A DNA stretch of 64,000 nucleotides. Origin: a virus. The stretch is from the IMG/VR virus record IMGVR_UViG_642555139_000003. One strand, given 5' to 3'. This document shows positions 37,068 to 46,630 of the stretch, piece after piece; positions within the stretch are counted from its first letter, which is position 1; each line of letters begins with the position of its first letter. Under the pieces are notes generated by a model that ran no database searches, was not told where the DNA came from, and saw nothing but the letters and a program-made list of their open reading frames with translations. The position numbers were made by a program, and so were the translations under genes.

Positions 37068-38708
37068 CGTGCTGAAGTTGGCCCGCAGGGTCCGGCGGTG
37101 CAACTGCGTGCCGGCCATGTTGCAGGCGGCCTCAAACCCATCCAGGTCGTAACGCGACACGAAGGAGGGCAGGGGCTGCGGGAGCGCCTGCCGGAGGACG
37201 CCGACGAGCCGCGCATCCTCGCCGAGATCAGGGGGCGTGCCGGTGCCGGCTGCACGGACCAGGCGCTCTTGGAGCGTCTGGGCGGCCGGCGCGGCGAACT
37301 TGAGGGCACAGAAACGCTCGATGCTGGCGTCGAGGTATTCCGGATGGTCGAGCACCGCGACGACTAAGGCGGCCTCCCGAGCCGGTATGGCAGGGCGGAG
37401 CCGGCGCTCCAGCGCCGTCGGTCCCAGCTGAGGTCGGGCCTGCCCAAGGCGGCGCGTGCGCCTCAACAACTCGTCGGTGAAGGCCCGGCGCATCGTCTCC
37501 TCTCCGACGACAGCGAGCGTCGCCCGGATCCCTGTCTCCAGCTTCGCCCGATCCTCGGGCCCGTCGCCGGGTGTCTCCGCGCGCAGCTTCAGCCATAGGC
37601 GCTCAGCCATGTGCTGCGCCTGACGGATGACCGCTTGCAGTGCGTTAGGCCCGGCGCTGCGCACCAGGTCGTCGGGATCGACACCCGTCGGAAGGATGCC
37701 GAACACGATGCGGCGATCACCAGAGACCCAAGGCAGGGCGGTGTCGAGCGTCCGATCGGCGGCGCGGGCGCCCGCTTCGTCCCCGTCAGCGATGTGCACG
37801 ACCACCGGAGCGACACGCCATAACGCGTGCAGATGCTCGACGGTGAGGGCCGTTCCCATGGGGGCGACGACGTTCTCGATCCCGGCCTGCGCGACCTGGG
37901 CGACGTCCATGTACCCTTCGAGGACGATGGCACAGCCGTTGCGGCTGATCGCCTGTCGGGCACGATCCATGTGGTAGAGCACGCGCCCCTTGTCGAAGAG
38001 CGCTGTCTCGCGCCCGTTCAGGTATTTCGGCATCCCGCCGTCCATCGCGCGGCCGCCGAACGAGATCACCTCCTTCACTCGGTTCCGGATCGGGAACATG
38101 ATCCGGCCGCGGTAGAAGTCCCGGACCGGTACCGATGGATCATCCGGAGATGTCGCCACGCCGGCCTCGATCGCATCCTGAGTTGACCAGCCGCGGTCGG
38201 CGAGGTGTTCGAGCAGTGCTCGCCCGGCCTCAGGCGCCCAGCCTATGCCGAGCTGAGAGGCGATCCGGCGCCGCAACCCTCGCTTCCGCAGGTAGGCTTG
38301 AGCCGCCTCCGAGGCCTGCAGTTGCCGCACGAAGAAGTCCTGCGCGCAGGCGAGCAACTCGATCGCCGAGCCTCGGGCCGCGCGCGACGCCTCGGTTTCC
38401 CGGGTGATCCCATCGCGGGTCACTTCGATGCCGGCGCGCCCCGCCAGCTCCTCCACCGCCTCGGGGAAGGTGAGGCCGGACATCTCCATCACGAAGTCGA
38501 TGGCGTTGCCGTGCTTGCCCGTCGAGAAGCAGTGCCAGAATCCCTTCTGATCGTTCACGAAGAAGCTCGGCGTCCGCTCGCGAGCGAATGGCGAGAGGGC
38601 CCGCCACTCCCGGCCGGCGCGCTTAAGCTGCACGTACCCTCCGACCACCTCGGACACCGGCAGCCGATCCTTGATGGCCTCGATCGTGGCGTGCGTGATC
38701 CTGGGCAT
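37059..38708 (-). CDS. dnaG: DNA primase
   Basis: Rhizobiales-type Zn-binding domain (SPFARERTPSF...HCFSTG), GGRAMD, KYLN, and TOPRIM EGYMD and DGDEAG. Confidence 0.93.
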   Translation of the reverse strand: MPRITHATIEAIKDRLPVSEVVGGYVQLKRAGREWRALSPFARERTPSFFVNDQKGFWHCFSTGKHGNAIDFVMEMSGLTFPEAVEELAGRAGIEVTRDGITRETEASRAARGSAIELLACAQDFFVRQLQASEAAQAYLRKRGLRRRIASQLGIGWAPEAGRALLEHLADRGWSTQDAIEAGVATSPDDPSVPVRDFYRGRIMFPIRNRVKEVISFGGRAMDGGMPKYLNGRETALFDKGRVLYHMDRARQAISRNGCAIVLEGYMDVAQVAQAGIENVVAPMGTALTVEHLHALWRVAPVVVHIADGDEAGARAADRTLDTALPWVSGDRRIVFGILPTGVDPDDLVRSAGPNALQAVIRQAQHMAERLWLKLRAETPGDGPEDRAKLETGIRATLAVVGEETMRRAFTDELLRRTRRLGQARPQLGPTALERRLRPAIPAREAALVVAVLDHPEYLDASIERFCALKFAAPAAQTLQERLVRAAGTGTPPDLGEDARLVGVLRQALPQPLPSFVSRYDLDGFEAACNMAGTQLHRRTLRANFSTSL

Positions 38709-40126
38709 CAGAACCTCTTCATCTCAGCGTAGGCGTCGGAGAGCGGCAGTTCCTTCGCGGCGAGGTCGCGGAAGTGCATCGTCTCGCCGACGAACTCGCA
38801 GGCCTGCGTCTGGTAGGCCTTCCCGTGTCGGCGCTTGGCGTTGATGATCTCGGCGCGGCCCTCGATCAGGGTCATCTTGTCCCGCCACGCGACCGCATCC
38901 TTCGAATCGGGATCGGTCATGTCCGGCTTGCGCTCGAGGTGCGCGATCTCAGGCCGGTGCGTGAAGATGATCGTGTCGGCGTGGGGCTCGATCGAGCTGT
39001 AATACATGAGGTCGCCCGACCGCGGCCGCCCGTCATCTCGGGACCGGACCTCCTTGTTCATCTGGGCGAGGGCGACGACCCCGATTTGGAGTTCCTTCGC
39101 CATCTTCTTCAGCTCCTCGGATGCTTTCGCCGTGATGTCGGCGCGCTCCTGGCGCTTGAAGCTTGGTTCGATGATGTGGAGGTGATCCACGATCATCCAC
39201 CGGATCCCAAATTTGTGCTTGTAGCGGATGGCGCGGGCTCGGATCTTTTCGATGTCCATTCGCGGACTGTGGTCGATCCAGACCGGAAGCCTTCTCATTC
39301 GGCGCGCGAGTTCGTCGAGGCGTCCGGCCTCATCCTCGTTGATGCGCGCATTCGCTATGCGCCATGCCGGTAGGTCAGAGTGCGCGGACATGGCTCGAAT
39401 CGCCCAATCCTCGCCCTCCATTTCTAGGCTCATGATGAAGCCAGGCGCCTGACTGCCGAAGAACTCGGCGGCTTGACCGGCCAATGCGGATTTTCCAGAT
39501 CCCGGTCGACCACCCTTAATGACCAGCTGGCCAGGCATCAGCGGGCCCGCGACCTGATCGACGGCGTTCAGCCCCCATTTCAAACCGCTGGTCGCGACTG
39601 ACGGTGAATCGATCGCCGCGATCGCGCGGGAGGTCGCAAGTTGAGCCCACTCGCCAAACATGCGCACGTGGCTGACGTCGACCTTCGACGAGTTGAGGAT
39701 CCGGACATCGGCCTCGTCGATGGCGTTCTGCGCTTCGGTGAGCGGGTCGAGCCGGCCGATCGCCTGGATGCCGTCGACCGCAGCTGCGATCCATCGCCTC
39801 CGGCGCGCGAGATCGCGCACCTGCTTGGCGTAGTGGATGGTGTCGCGCAGGTCGGCGACGCCCTCCATCAGCACCTCGATGTAGTCCGGGTCGACGCTCG
39901 TGCCCTTGTCGCCGCTCTTGGCGAAGTCGTGCACGATCGCCGCGTTCACGCGCTTGCCGGTGTCGACCAGCTGCGCGATCGTCCGGAAGACGGTCTGGTG
40001 CTGCCGGTCGTAGAAGTCATCGGCCTCCACGTCCCCGGCGATGTCGTGGAAGATCTCGTCGCGCATGAGGAGCGCGCCGAGGATCTGCTGCTCGGCTTCG
40101 ATGTTGTAGGGGTTCGGTACCTGCAT
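38708..40126 (-). CDS. dnaB: Replicative DNA helicase
   Basis: PYNIEAEQQILG, Walker A GRPGSGKS, IVDHLH, LAQMN and AKRRHG. Confidence 0.93.
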   Translation of the reverse strand: MQVPNPYNIEAEQQILGALLMRDEIFHDIAGDVEADDFYDRQHQTVFRTIAQLVDTGKRVNAAIVHDFAKSGDKGTSVDPDYIEVLMEGVADLRDTIHYAKQVRDLARRRRWIAAAVDGIQAIGRLDPLTEAQNAIDEADVRILNSSKVDVSHVRMFGEWAQLATSRAIAAIDSPSVATSGLKWGLNAVDQVAGPLMPGQLVIKGGRPGSGKSALAGQAAEFFGSQAPGFIMSLEMEGEDWAIRAMSAHSDLPAWRIANARINEDEAGRLDELARRMRRLPVWIDHSPRMDIEKIRARAIRYKHKFGIRWMIVDHLHIIEPSFKRQERADITAKASEELKKMAKELQIGVVALAQMNKEVRSRDDGRPRSGDLMYYSSIEPHADTIIFTHRPEIAHLERKPDMTDPDSKDAVAWRDKMTLIEGRAEIINAKRRHGKAYQTQACEFVGETMHFRDLAAKELPLSDAYAEMKRF

Positions 40127-40132
40127 GGCCGG

Positions 40133-40759
40133 TCACCCGACCTCATCGAATTTGCCGACCTCGTTCCCGAAGATGTCCCAGCCGGGTCCGCTGGCGCGCG
40201 AGTAGAGCTCGACCCCGGTCGTGCCGGTATATCGCTCGATCCGCCGCCGCACCTCAGCGGGCTTGCGCGAATGCTCCCACCGCCGTGTGACGACGATCTG
40301 CCGAACGTCGGTGGCGGCGCGTTTCGGCGCGCCCCGGCGGGCGAGCACGACCAGCTCGGCGTTCTGACGCGTGGTGAAGCCGGCGCCCGCGAACAGGACG
40401 TCGTCCCAGTTCTCCGAGTAGCGGATCGAATCGGGGGCGTTCGTCTTCACCCACACGAAGGCGAGCGACGATGGCTTGAAGCCCCATGCCCTGATGACGT
40501 CGACATGCATGCCGGCGGCGACCATCGGGCCGGTCGTCCAAAGGAAGAGGTGGCAGTCTTCGGCGGCGAGATCCGCGACAGGGTCGGCCTTGATCTCGTC
40601 GAGGCTCCGGGTCGCGTAATGCTGGCTCGGCGAGCGGCCCTGTCCGGCCTCGGTGCGGGTAACGAAGGACCAGGGCGGATCGGCATAGATGACGGGATAG
40701 CCGTTCCGCTTCAGACCGGCGAAGAAGTGCCCTGCCGGCAGGCGTTCGCAGTCATCCAT
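40133..40759 (-). CDS. MT-A70 family adenine methyltransferase
   Basis: IYADPPW, LFLWTT, FVWVK, HSRKP and ELYSR motifs. Confidence 0.9.
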   Translation of the reverse strand: MDDCERLPAGHFFAGLKRNGYPVIYADPPWSFVTRTEAGQGRSPSQHYATRSLDEIKADPVADLAAEDCHLFLWTTGPMVAAGMHVDVIRAWGFKPSSLAFVWVKTNAPDSIRYSENWDDVLFAGAGFTTRQNAELVVLARRGAPKRAATDVRQIVVTRRWEHSRKPAEVRRRIERYTGTTGVELYSRASGPGWDIFGNEVGKFDEVG

Positions 40760-41580
40760 GCACGGCCTCCCCAATCGGAGAAGCCACGATCCACGTAGCC
40801 GGCGCAGACGCCCGGCTGGAAGAGATCGCACTGGCCGCGATCGAAGAAGGTCCGCTGCGGCGGCTTCGGCACGAGCACGCGCTGCCGGCGGGGCTGACGG
40901 ATCGGTAGCGGGGGCTGAAGGGCGAGATCGAGGCCGTCGATCCCGACCCGCGGCTGCTTCGAGGCCTTCGCAAGGATTCTGCGCGGGCGAGCAACAGGAA
41001 CGGGTTTCTCGACGCGTGCGGGCGCACGCGGAGCGTCGGGCGGGACATAGCTTCTCAGCGTCTCAGAGGTTCGGATGTCTGCCGCTGCAGGGGTCCTACC
41101 CCCCTCATCCCGAAGGATCGTCCGCGCCCGGCAGGCCGGGCAGTACGAACTCTTCTCGGCAACGACGGCACCGCAGACGATAAGCCCGAGGCCCGATCCG
41201 CGCAACGGAAAACGGCAGTTACTCATCATCGCGTTGATGAATAGTAGCGAGGTGCTGGGCAGCGGCTTGTCTGCTGGCCAGAGGTCGCCGGCTACGGCGT
41301 TGCGCTCTTCCGTCAGGCGCTTCGTGTGGCTCCGACGGGCTGCCGGCCGCTTCGAGTTCCAGGGGGAGGAGCTGCGGCGTCCGCGTCGGCTCTTCCTCGC
41401 TAAGGCGCGGGGATCCTCAGCTTTTTTGGCGCGATCGATCACGCAGTTCACTGCGTTCGCTGTGAGGTACAGCCCCATCTCGCGATAGATCGTGGCGGCG
41501 ATCGTCGCCGAATCGTGGTCACCGCAGAGGTCGAGGATCCGCTCGTTCCGGGGCGTCATGGCGAGTGCGACGCCATTCAT
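40711..41580 (-). CDS. GcrA-like cell-cycle regulator
   Basis: N-terminal HTH with TANAVNCVIDR, and CRFPL...VCG...SYCPAC, the Cys cluster characteristic of GcrA. Confidence 0.7.
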   Translation of the reverse strand: MNGVALAMTPRNERILDLCGDHDSATIAATIYREMGLYLTANAVNCVIDRAKKAEDPRALARKSRRGRRSSSPWNSKRPAARRSHTKRLTEERNAVAGDLWPADKPLPSTSLLFINAMMSNCRFPLRGSGLGLIVCGAVVAEKSSYCPACRARTILRDEGGRTPAAADIRTSETLRSYVPPDAPRAPARVEKPVPVARPRRILAKASKQPRVGIDGLDLALQPPLPIRQPRRQRVLVPKPPQRTFFDRGQCDLFQPGVCAGYVDRGFSDWGGRAWMTANACRQGTSSPV

Positions 41581-41600
41581 CTGTCATCACCGCATGCATT

Positions 41601-41623
41601 TATCCATCATCCGTTGATGGATA
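41601..41623. promoter_or_regulatory. Perfect palindrome TATCCATCA-N5-TGATGGATA, candidate operator
   Basis: Intergenic, just upstream of the gcrA-like start; related sites at 46608, 32976 and 27577. Confidence 0.65.
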
Positions 41624-41681
41624 GGGCGCATGGAGAGGATTGACAACTCAGCATCTTAGGCGGTGGGCAGCCGCCTGTGCA

Positions 41682-42239
41682 TCAGAGGTCGAGCATCCCG
41701 AACAGAGGCATGCGGTTCAGCGTCACGGATGGCTCAATCTGCTCGCATCCGTATTCCCAGATCAGGCAGGCCTCGGCCTCGTCCTGGCTCTTGATGGGCC
41801 AGCCGCGGGCGTCGCACTTCTTCACCGCCTCGTGCTTCAGCCACTCGCGCCCGCTCTTGAAGGCGCCGATGTCCTTCGGGGCATTGCCGCGGCCGATCGC
41901 GAACTTCCGCCAGAGGTTCGGCTCTACCAGCGAGATGCGCTCGGGCCCGATGCCCTCCTTCTCGCAGGCCATCAGGATTGCCGCCTGATAGCCGTAGCCG
42001 AGCCGGACAACCTGGATGTCGAACTTCCGCGGATCCGTCTGGATGTAGGGAGCCTCGATGAAAACGGCGTCGATCTCGTAGACCCCGATGATATTGCGGA
42101 CGCGCCCCTCAAGGGTCGCGAACTTACGCCCGTTCGAAAATCCGCTATCGAGGCGGATGGTACCGCTCTTAGGCTTCTGCCCTGGCAGGCCATAGGCGTA
42201 GCCCGACGCGCCGCCGGGATCGATGCCAAGCACCCGCAT
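41682..42239 (-). CDS. RuvC-like Holliday junction resolvase
   Basis: VLGIDPG, VFIEAP and DEAEA catalytic pattern. Confidence 0.8.
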   Translation of the reverse strand: MRVLGIDPGGASGYAYGLPGQKPKSGTIRLDSGFSNGRKFATLEGRVRNIIGVYEIDAVFIEAPYIQTDPRKFDIQVVRLGYGYQAAILMACEKEGIGPERISLVEPNLWRKFAIGRGNAPKDIGAFKSGREWLKHEAVKKCDARGWPIKSQDEAEACLIWEYGCEQIEPSVTLNRMPLFGMLDL

Positions 42240-43243
42240 CAATCCGCTCCGATCAGGAGGGGCTGCACCGAACCGTCGGCGAAGACGGCGTCGAGCGGTG
42301 TGTCGGCGGTGGGTTCGGTGCCCTCCCAGCCGTCGGGCCACGTCTTGAGGTCGATCAGCTCGCGGACGAGGGCGAGATCTTTGCTGGCGAGCGGGCAGCC
42401 GCAGCACCCGGTTCGCGCGTTCAGCTCCTCCGCCTCGTCGCCGCCGTAGGCGTTGGCAATGCGCGACGTCGACCACCCGCCGTAGGACGGGTGCGGGGCG
42501 TAGATCTTCAGCCAGTCCCAGACGTGGCAGACGCGCCAGTGCAGGATTGGCGCGAGGGTGTTGATTCGCCCACGGATGCCCTTCGACTCGGGAAGGGCCA
42601 GCTGATACCAGCCGTGCCCGCACTCGGCCCCGTCCTTCGAGCACGACATCTCGATACGGCGGTCGCGCATGGCGCTCTCGCCCTGCCGCACGCCGGTGAT
42701 CATCAGGACGGTTTCATCCGGCCCGATCATGCCGGCGTCGTCGAGCGCCGGGCCCCCGTTATGGCCGAGGCCCGAGACGTCGATCGGTGCGAGGTCGGCC
42801 GCGATCGCAGCAGCCATCGGGTCGACCTTGATCTGCCGTGTGCACCAGCGGAGCGTGTTGTTGTTCGGCGGCGGCACGCCGCGGCCGAGGATGTAGACGA
42901 GGAAGCGCTTGTCGAGCGGCGCCGTGACGACCCGCATCCGGATCCAGGAGTAGCGCGCGAGCTGCGCCATCAGATCGACGGCGGCCAGCGCCAGCGGTGG
43001 CAGCTCCTGGCGCGTGTCAGCATAGTAGACCGTCAGCGATTTCGGCCGCGGCACGCGACCGGTCTCGATCAGGTGAAGGACGAGGGTCAGCGTCGCGGTG
43101 CTGTCCTTCCCGCCGGACCACGCGATGCACCAGTGCGCGTGCCGCGCGCCGTATTCGGCGAGCGACGCCACCGTCAGCTCGACGGCCTCGTCATAAACCA
43201 GCCGTGTCGCGCTTCCGGAAAAGAGGTCCGACTGCGGCCTCAT
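42239..43243 (-). CDS. PAPS-reductase-family (DndC-like fold) protein
   Basis: AWSGGKDS, RWCTRQIK, ITGVRQGES and ARTGCCGCPL motifs. Confidence 0.85.
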   Translation of the reverse strand: MRPQSDLFSGSATRLVYDEAVELTVASLAEYGARHAHWCIAWSGGKDSTATLTLVLHLIETGRVPRPKSLTVYYADTRQELPPLALAAVDLMAQLARYSWIRMRVVTAPLDKRFLVYILGRGVPPPNNNTLRWCTRQIKVDPMAAAIAADLAPIDVSGLGHNGGPALDDAGMIGPDETVLMITGVRQGESAMRDRRIEMSCSKDGAECGHGWYQLALPESKGIRGRINTLAPILHWRVCHVWDWLKIYAPHPSYGGWSTSRIANAYGGDEAEELNARTGCCGCPLASKDLALVRELIDLKTWPDGWEGTEPTADTPLDAVFADGSVQPLLIGAD

Positions 43244-43722
43244 GCAGCGAACCTGCACTCATCCGGCAGGCGCCGCGCAGTGCGGCACATCCACCACCGA
43301 TTCCGCGCCCACTTCACGGTGCCACCCCAGACGTCGAACAGCTCGCCCTCGAACTCGACGACGTCGTGATAGGCGAGGCGGGTCTCGACCCTATCCCACT
43401 GCTCGTAGGCGCCGGGTTCGGTGGCGCGCAGGCGGCCCTGCCCATCCCGCCACAGCTTGCTCCATGGACGCAGAACGTAGGGGCGCAGGTAGAAGATGAC
43501 GGTCCGGATGTAGCAGCAGAACGGCTGAGCGAGCGCGGGGGAGGGCGCCTTGGTCCGCAGCGGCTCCCAGATCACCAGGCGCCACGGCGCCGGCCGCACG
43601 ACGAGACAGTCGCCGAGGTCGACGAGACCCGCCCTCTCCCGGCCGGCATAGGTCGACACCTCGGTGAGGCCGAGCACCCCGCAGGGTGCCCGCTCCTCCG
43701 CGTCGAGCCGACGCCGGCTCAC
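43240..43722 (-). CDS. Hypothetical protein
   Basis: Overlapping stop/start at both ends. Confidence 0.6.
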   Translation of the reverse strand: MSRRRLDAEERAPCGVLGLTEVSTYAGRERAGLVDLGDCLVVRPAPWRLVIWEPLRTKAPSPALAQPFCCYIRTVIFYLRPYVLRPWSKLWRDGQGRLRATEPGAYEQWDRVETRLAYHDVVEFEGELFDVWGGTVKWARNRWWMCRTARRLPDECRFAA

Positions 43723-44849
43723 TGCCTCAGCTCCTTCAGGCCCTTCCCGAGCAGATGCCCCTGAGCCTCAGACCACTTGTCGTTCCAGGCCTGATGGCAC
43801 TGGTCGTTCTCGTCCGGATAGGGGTTCGAGCTCTTGTCAGCGCCGCGGTAGCCGGCGCGATAGCCCTCTTCGCGAGCGTGGGCGAGGCGCTTCTCGTGCG
43901 TGTCGCGATCCTCCTCGCCGAAGATGTGGATGTGGCCGGCGGCCGGCAGGTGCACGGCGCGGCGATAGTCGTTCTCGCGGTTGATGCTGTCGGTCAGCTC
44001 GTCGGGCGACATGCGCAGCTCGTCGAGGATCTTGTTCAGCACCTTCGGATCGACGCCGTCGTCCTTGGCCTTCTTCATCTTCTCGCGGAGCTTGCCCGTC
44101 GCGGAGGCCACCGCCTCCTTCGCAGCGCGGATCACGCCAACGTGCCGAAGGATGGTCATCTCCGAGACGCCGCCGTTGTCGCCCTTGCGGAGCATCTTCT
44201 TCGGGAGCGGAGCCTCCTCCTCGTCCGCCGCGGCCTGCGCGTGCGCGAACCCGTCGGACGGCCGGGCGGCGCGACCTCCGGACGCCTCGCGGAACTCGGT
44301 CATGTGGTGCGCGTGATCTGCGGCCTTGCGCTGCGCGGCCTTCGAGGTCAGGGGCTTGCCGCCGTTCACCGGCTCGGTGGAGACGCGCTGCACCGGGAAG
44401 ACCTCGCCGAGCGGATCCTTTGAGCCGACGAGGCGCACGCGGACGTTCTTGGCATCCTCGATCTTCAGGAGGGTGCCGCTCTTCTCGGTCTGATTCCGCT
44501 TCGTGCCGAACCGGACGATCGCCGGATCGCCGACAATGACGGGCTGCCCGTTGAAGCCGAGCACGTCCTCCGCGGTCGCACCGCCGGATGCTTCGCGCTC
44601 CAGCGCTTCCTCCGCAGCCCGCGTTTCGGCGGCTCGCTCGCGCGCGACGCGCTGGTGCGGGGCCTCTTCGTCTTCCTGGAAATCGTCGTCGCCCGGCTCT
44701 GGCTGGTCCGCCGGCAGAGCGGACGGATCGGGAACTGCTTCGGAGGAGGTAGCTGCAGAGCGGGGGCGACGGAGGAACTCGGGGATGTCGCCGGCATCCC
44801 CCTCGATGTGTTGAGCGTCAGTCGTCGGATTCGTTGCTCTGTCGGTCAT
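43719..44849 (-). CDS. Multidomain protein: acidic N-terminus, GapR/DUF2312-like domain, Rmf-like C-terminus
   Basis: KAKDDGVDPKVLNKIL...DYRRAV (GapR-like) and EEGYRAGY..NPYP...QAWNDKW (Rmf-like). Confidence 0.6.
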   Translation of the reverse strand: MTDRATNPTTDAQHIEGDAGDIPEFLRRPRSAATSSEAVPDPSALPADQPEPGDDDFQEDEEAPHQRVARERAAETRAAEEALEREASGGATAEDVLGFNGQPVIVGDPAIVRFGTKRNQTEKSGTLLKIEDAKNVRVRLVGSKDPLGEVFPVQRVSTEPVNGGKPLTSKAAQRKAADHAHHMTEFREASGGRAARPSDGFAHAQAAADEEEAPLPKKMLRKGDNGGVSEMTILRHVGVIRAAKEAVASATGKLREKMKKAKDDGVDPKVLNKILDELRMSPDELTDSINRENDYRRAVHLPAAGHIHIFGEEDRDTHEKRLAHAREEGYRAGYRGADKSSNPYPDENDQCHQAWNDKWSEAQGHLLGKGLKELRQ

Positions 44850-45462
44850 CGGGGGCGCCCTGGTCGCTGGAGGGATCCCCGCCCTCACCAGATGCCCGCC
44901 GCTGGCGCGTGTTCCGGTAGGATTCGGGGCTGATTTTCCCCTGCTCCGCCAGGTTCATCGTCTCCGCGATCCGCTCCAAGCTGTCGATGCGGAACCCTTC
45001 GCCCTGCTTGATGCGCGCGATCAGGCGATGATCGTTCTTCCCGGCATAGAGCAGGGAGATCTCGCCCCAATCCTTATTGCGATCCAGGAACAGCTCCAGG
45101 TCCGCGAGGAACGCCTCAGCCACACGGTTCTTGTAGCCACCGTACTGCGGCTTGCCGTCCTGTCCCGCCATCTCGCGGATGCCTCGCTTGGTGTGACCTC
45201 GCGCAGACGCCAAACCTTCAGGCGTTGCAGAGTTGACGCCACCATGACCCGGTTTAATCGTCAACGCAAGGGAAAGCGTCACGCCATTCCCACCATTCGG
45301 CTTGAACTCGAATTGGTGGATCTCGGTGCCTTCCTCGATCTGGTTCGGCGCCGGGACGACGACATCCAGGGGATCATCCGGGTTGCTACCCGGCTCGCGC
45401 GTCACCTGATCCTTCGGCTGTGACGCCCCGATGATTTGTGAGTGGATGCCAGTCATAGGCAT
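44818..45462 (-). CDS. Cro-like HTH protein with N-terminal extension
   Basis: FLADLELFL...NDHRLIARIKQGEGFRIDSLERI resembles alphaproteobacterial phage Cro-like HTHs; GGGAG SD. Confidence 0.6.
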   Translation of the reverse strand: MPMTGIHSQIIGASQPKDQVTREPGSNPDDPLDVVVPAPNQIEEGTEIHQFEFKPNGGNGVTLSLALTIKPGHGGVNSATPEGLASARGHTKRGIREMAGQDGKPQYGGYKNRVAEAFLADLELFLDRNKDWGEISLLYAGKNDHRLIARIKQGEGFRIDSLERIAETMNLAEQGKISPESYRNTRQRRASGEGGDPSSDQGAPDDRQSNESDD

Positions 45463-45633
45463 GCGCAGGTCTCCCTTGCTGATGGTGACGAGGATGCCGG
45501 CAAGATCTCGGGATGAGATCTCGGCTTCGGCCGCGTTGCAGCATGCTCATCAACGGAATGCAAGGCGCGACGGTTTTCGTGTGACGAAAATCAGCAAATC
45601 GCGGCGTTGGCTGCAACCAGCCGGCACAATCCT

Positions 45634-45885
45634 TCAAGCCAGCACGACTTGGCATCCTGACCCGAGTTCGAGATGCATGAACATCAGTGCTTCCGCGGCG
45701 CTGCCACCATAGGCGTACCAGATGTCATCCGGATCGGTCCGAGGGTCGGTCGTCTTCCACGGCCCCCGCTTGGCGAACGCGACGTGCGTGACGTTCGTGT
45801 CGTCGTGCAGACAGCGCTGCACCAGGAACGACCAGCCGCCCTCCAGATAGGTGGTCCGCTCGCACGTTCCCGCGTCCGCGCGCAT
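45634..45885 (-). CDS. Hypothetical protein (83 aa)
   Basis: GGAGG SD upstream of the ATG; protein-like composition. Confidence 0.55.
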   Translation of the reverse strand: MRADAGTCERTTYLEGGWSFLVQRCLHDDTNVTHVAFAKRGPWKTTDPRTDPDDIWYAYGGSAAEALMFMHLELGSGCQVVLA

Positions 45886-46550
45886 CGCATCCTCCTGAAT
45901 CGTAGCGCCTTACGACTCAGCTTCCTTTTTCATCATCCTTCCTTCTGCGCTGAAACGTTCAGCCAGATGGTGTTTCCGAGATTTATCTGCTGGATGGTGA
46001 GGGAGTGTATCCCGCAAGACGAAACCTGCCCGGTGAGTAGAGGGGGATCTCCCCTCGACTGACCAGGAGGCGTCTTGCGGGGATTCTGCGTGCCGGACGG
46101 AGCCGGGAGTTGCAGAGCCCGCGCCGCGGTCGGGAACGGATCCCTCCACGACGAGCGACTTTTTCAGCATTCCGTTGCTGGGAGGCCGGGGCATGTGCCC
46201 TCACGACGAGACCCCTTGGGCTTGGCCTCCATCCCACGCTTGCCCTGCCAGCCACCACCGTCTCAGCGCCTCGATGCGAGGTCGGGATTCGGAGGCTCGA
46301 TCGCACTGCGCCGGTTGCCGGAAATGCGATCCACGGCAGACGATGATCGGGGTCCAAACGCAGGCGAGAAATCGTCAACGCAAGCAGCGGCCCGCCTTGA
46401 GTGGCTGAGCGCAGACAGCTATATTGCTGAGAACGTCGGCTACGTCCGGCAGCACCTGCCTTTCTCGATCTTCGCGAGTCCTACCTCGCGTCGATCGGTT
46501 GGGGTGATGGGTGTCTCAGCGTCAGGGCTCGAGAGAGCCGTTCGGGTTCA

Positions 46551-46581
46551 GGGCCGTCCTTCGGGGCGGCCCTTTCCTTTT
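46551..46581 (+). terminator. Rho-independent terminator
   Basis: GGGCCGTCC-TTCG-GGGCGGCCC followed by TTTCCTTTT. Confidence 0.85.
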
Positions 46582-46607
46582 GTGCCGCACGGAAACGTAG
46601 TGCGCAA

Positions 46608-46630
46608 TACCCATCAACCGTTGACGATTA
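46608..46630 (+). promoter_or_regulatory. Operator-like site overlapping TTGACG upstream of the rightward early operon
   Basis: TACCCATCA-ACCGT-TGACGATTA, similar to the 41601 palindrome. Confidence 0.5.

Noticed and set aside
42239-43243. PAPS reductase as a sulfur-assimilation auxiliary metabolic gene
   Set aside because: It sits among DNA-metabolism genes with no cys pathway partners; the fold is shared with DndC-like modification proteins.
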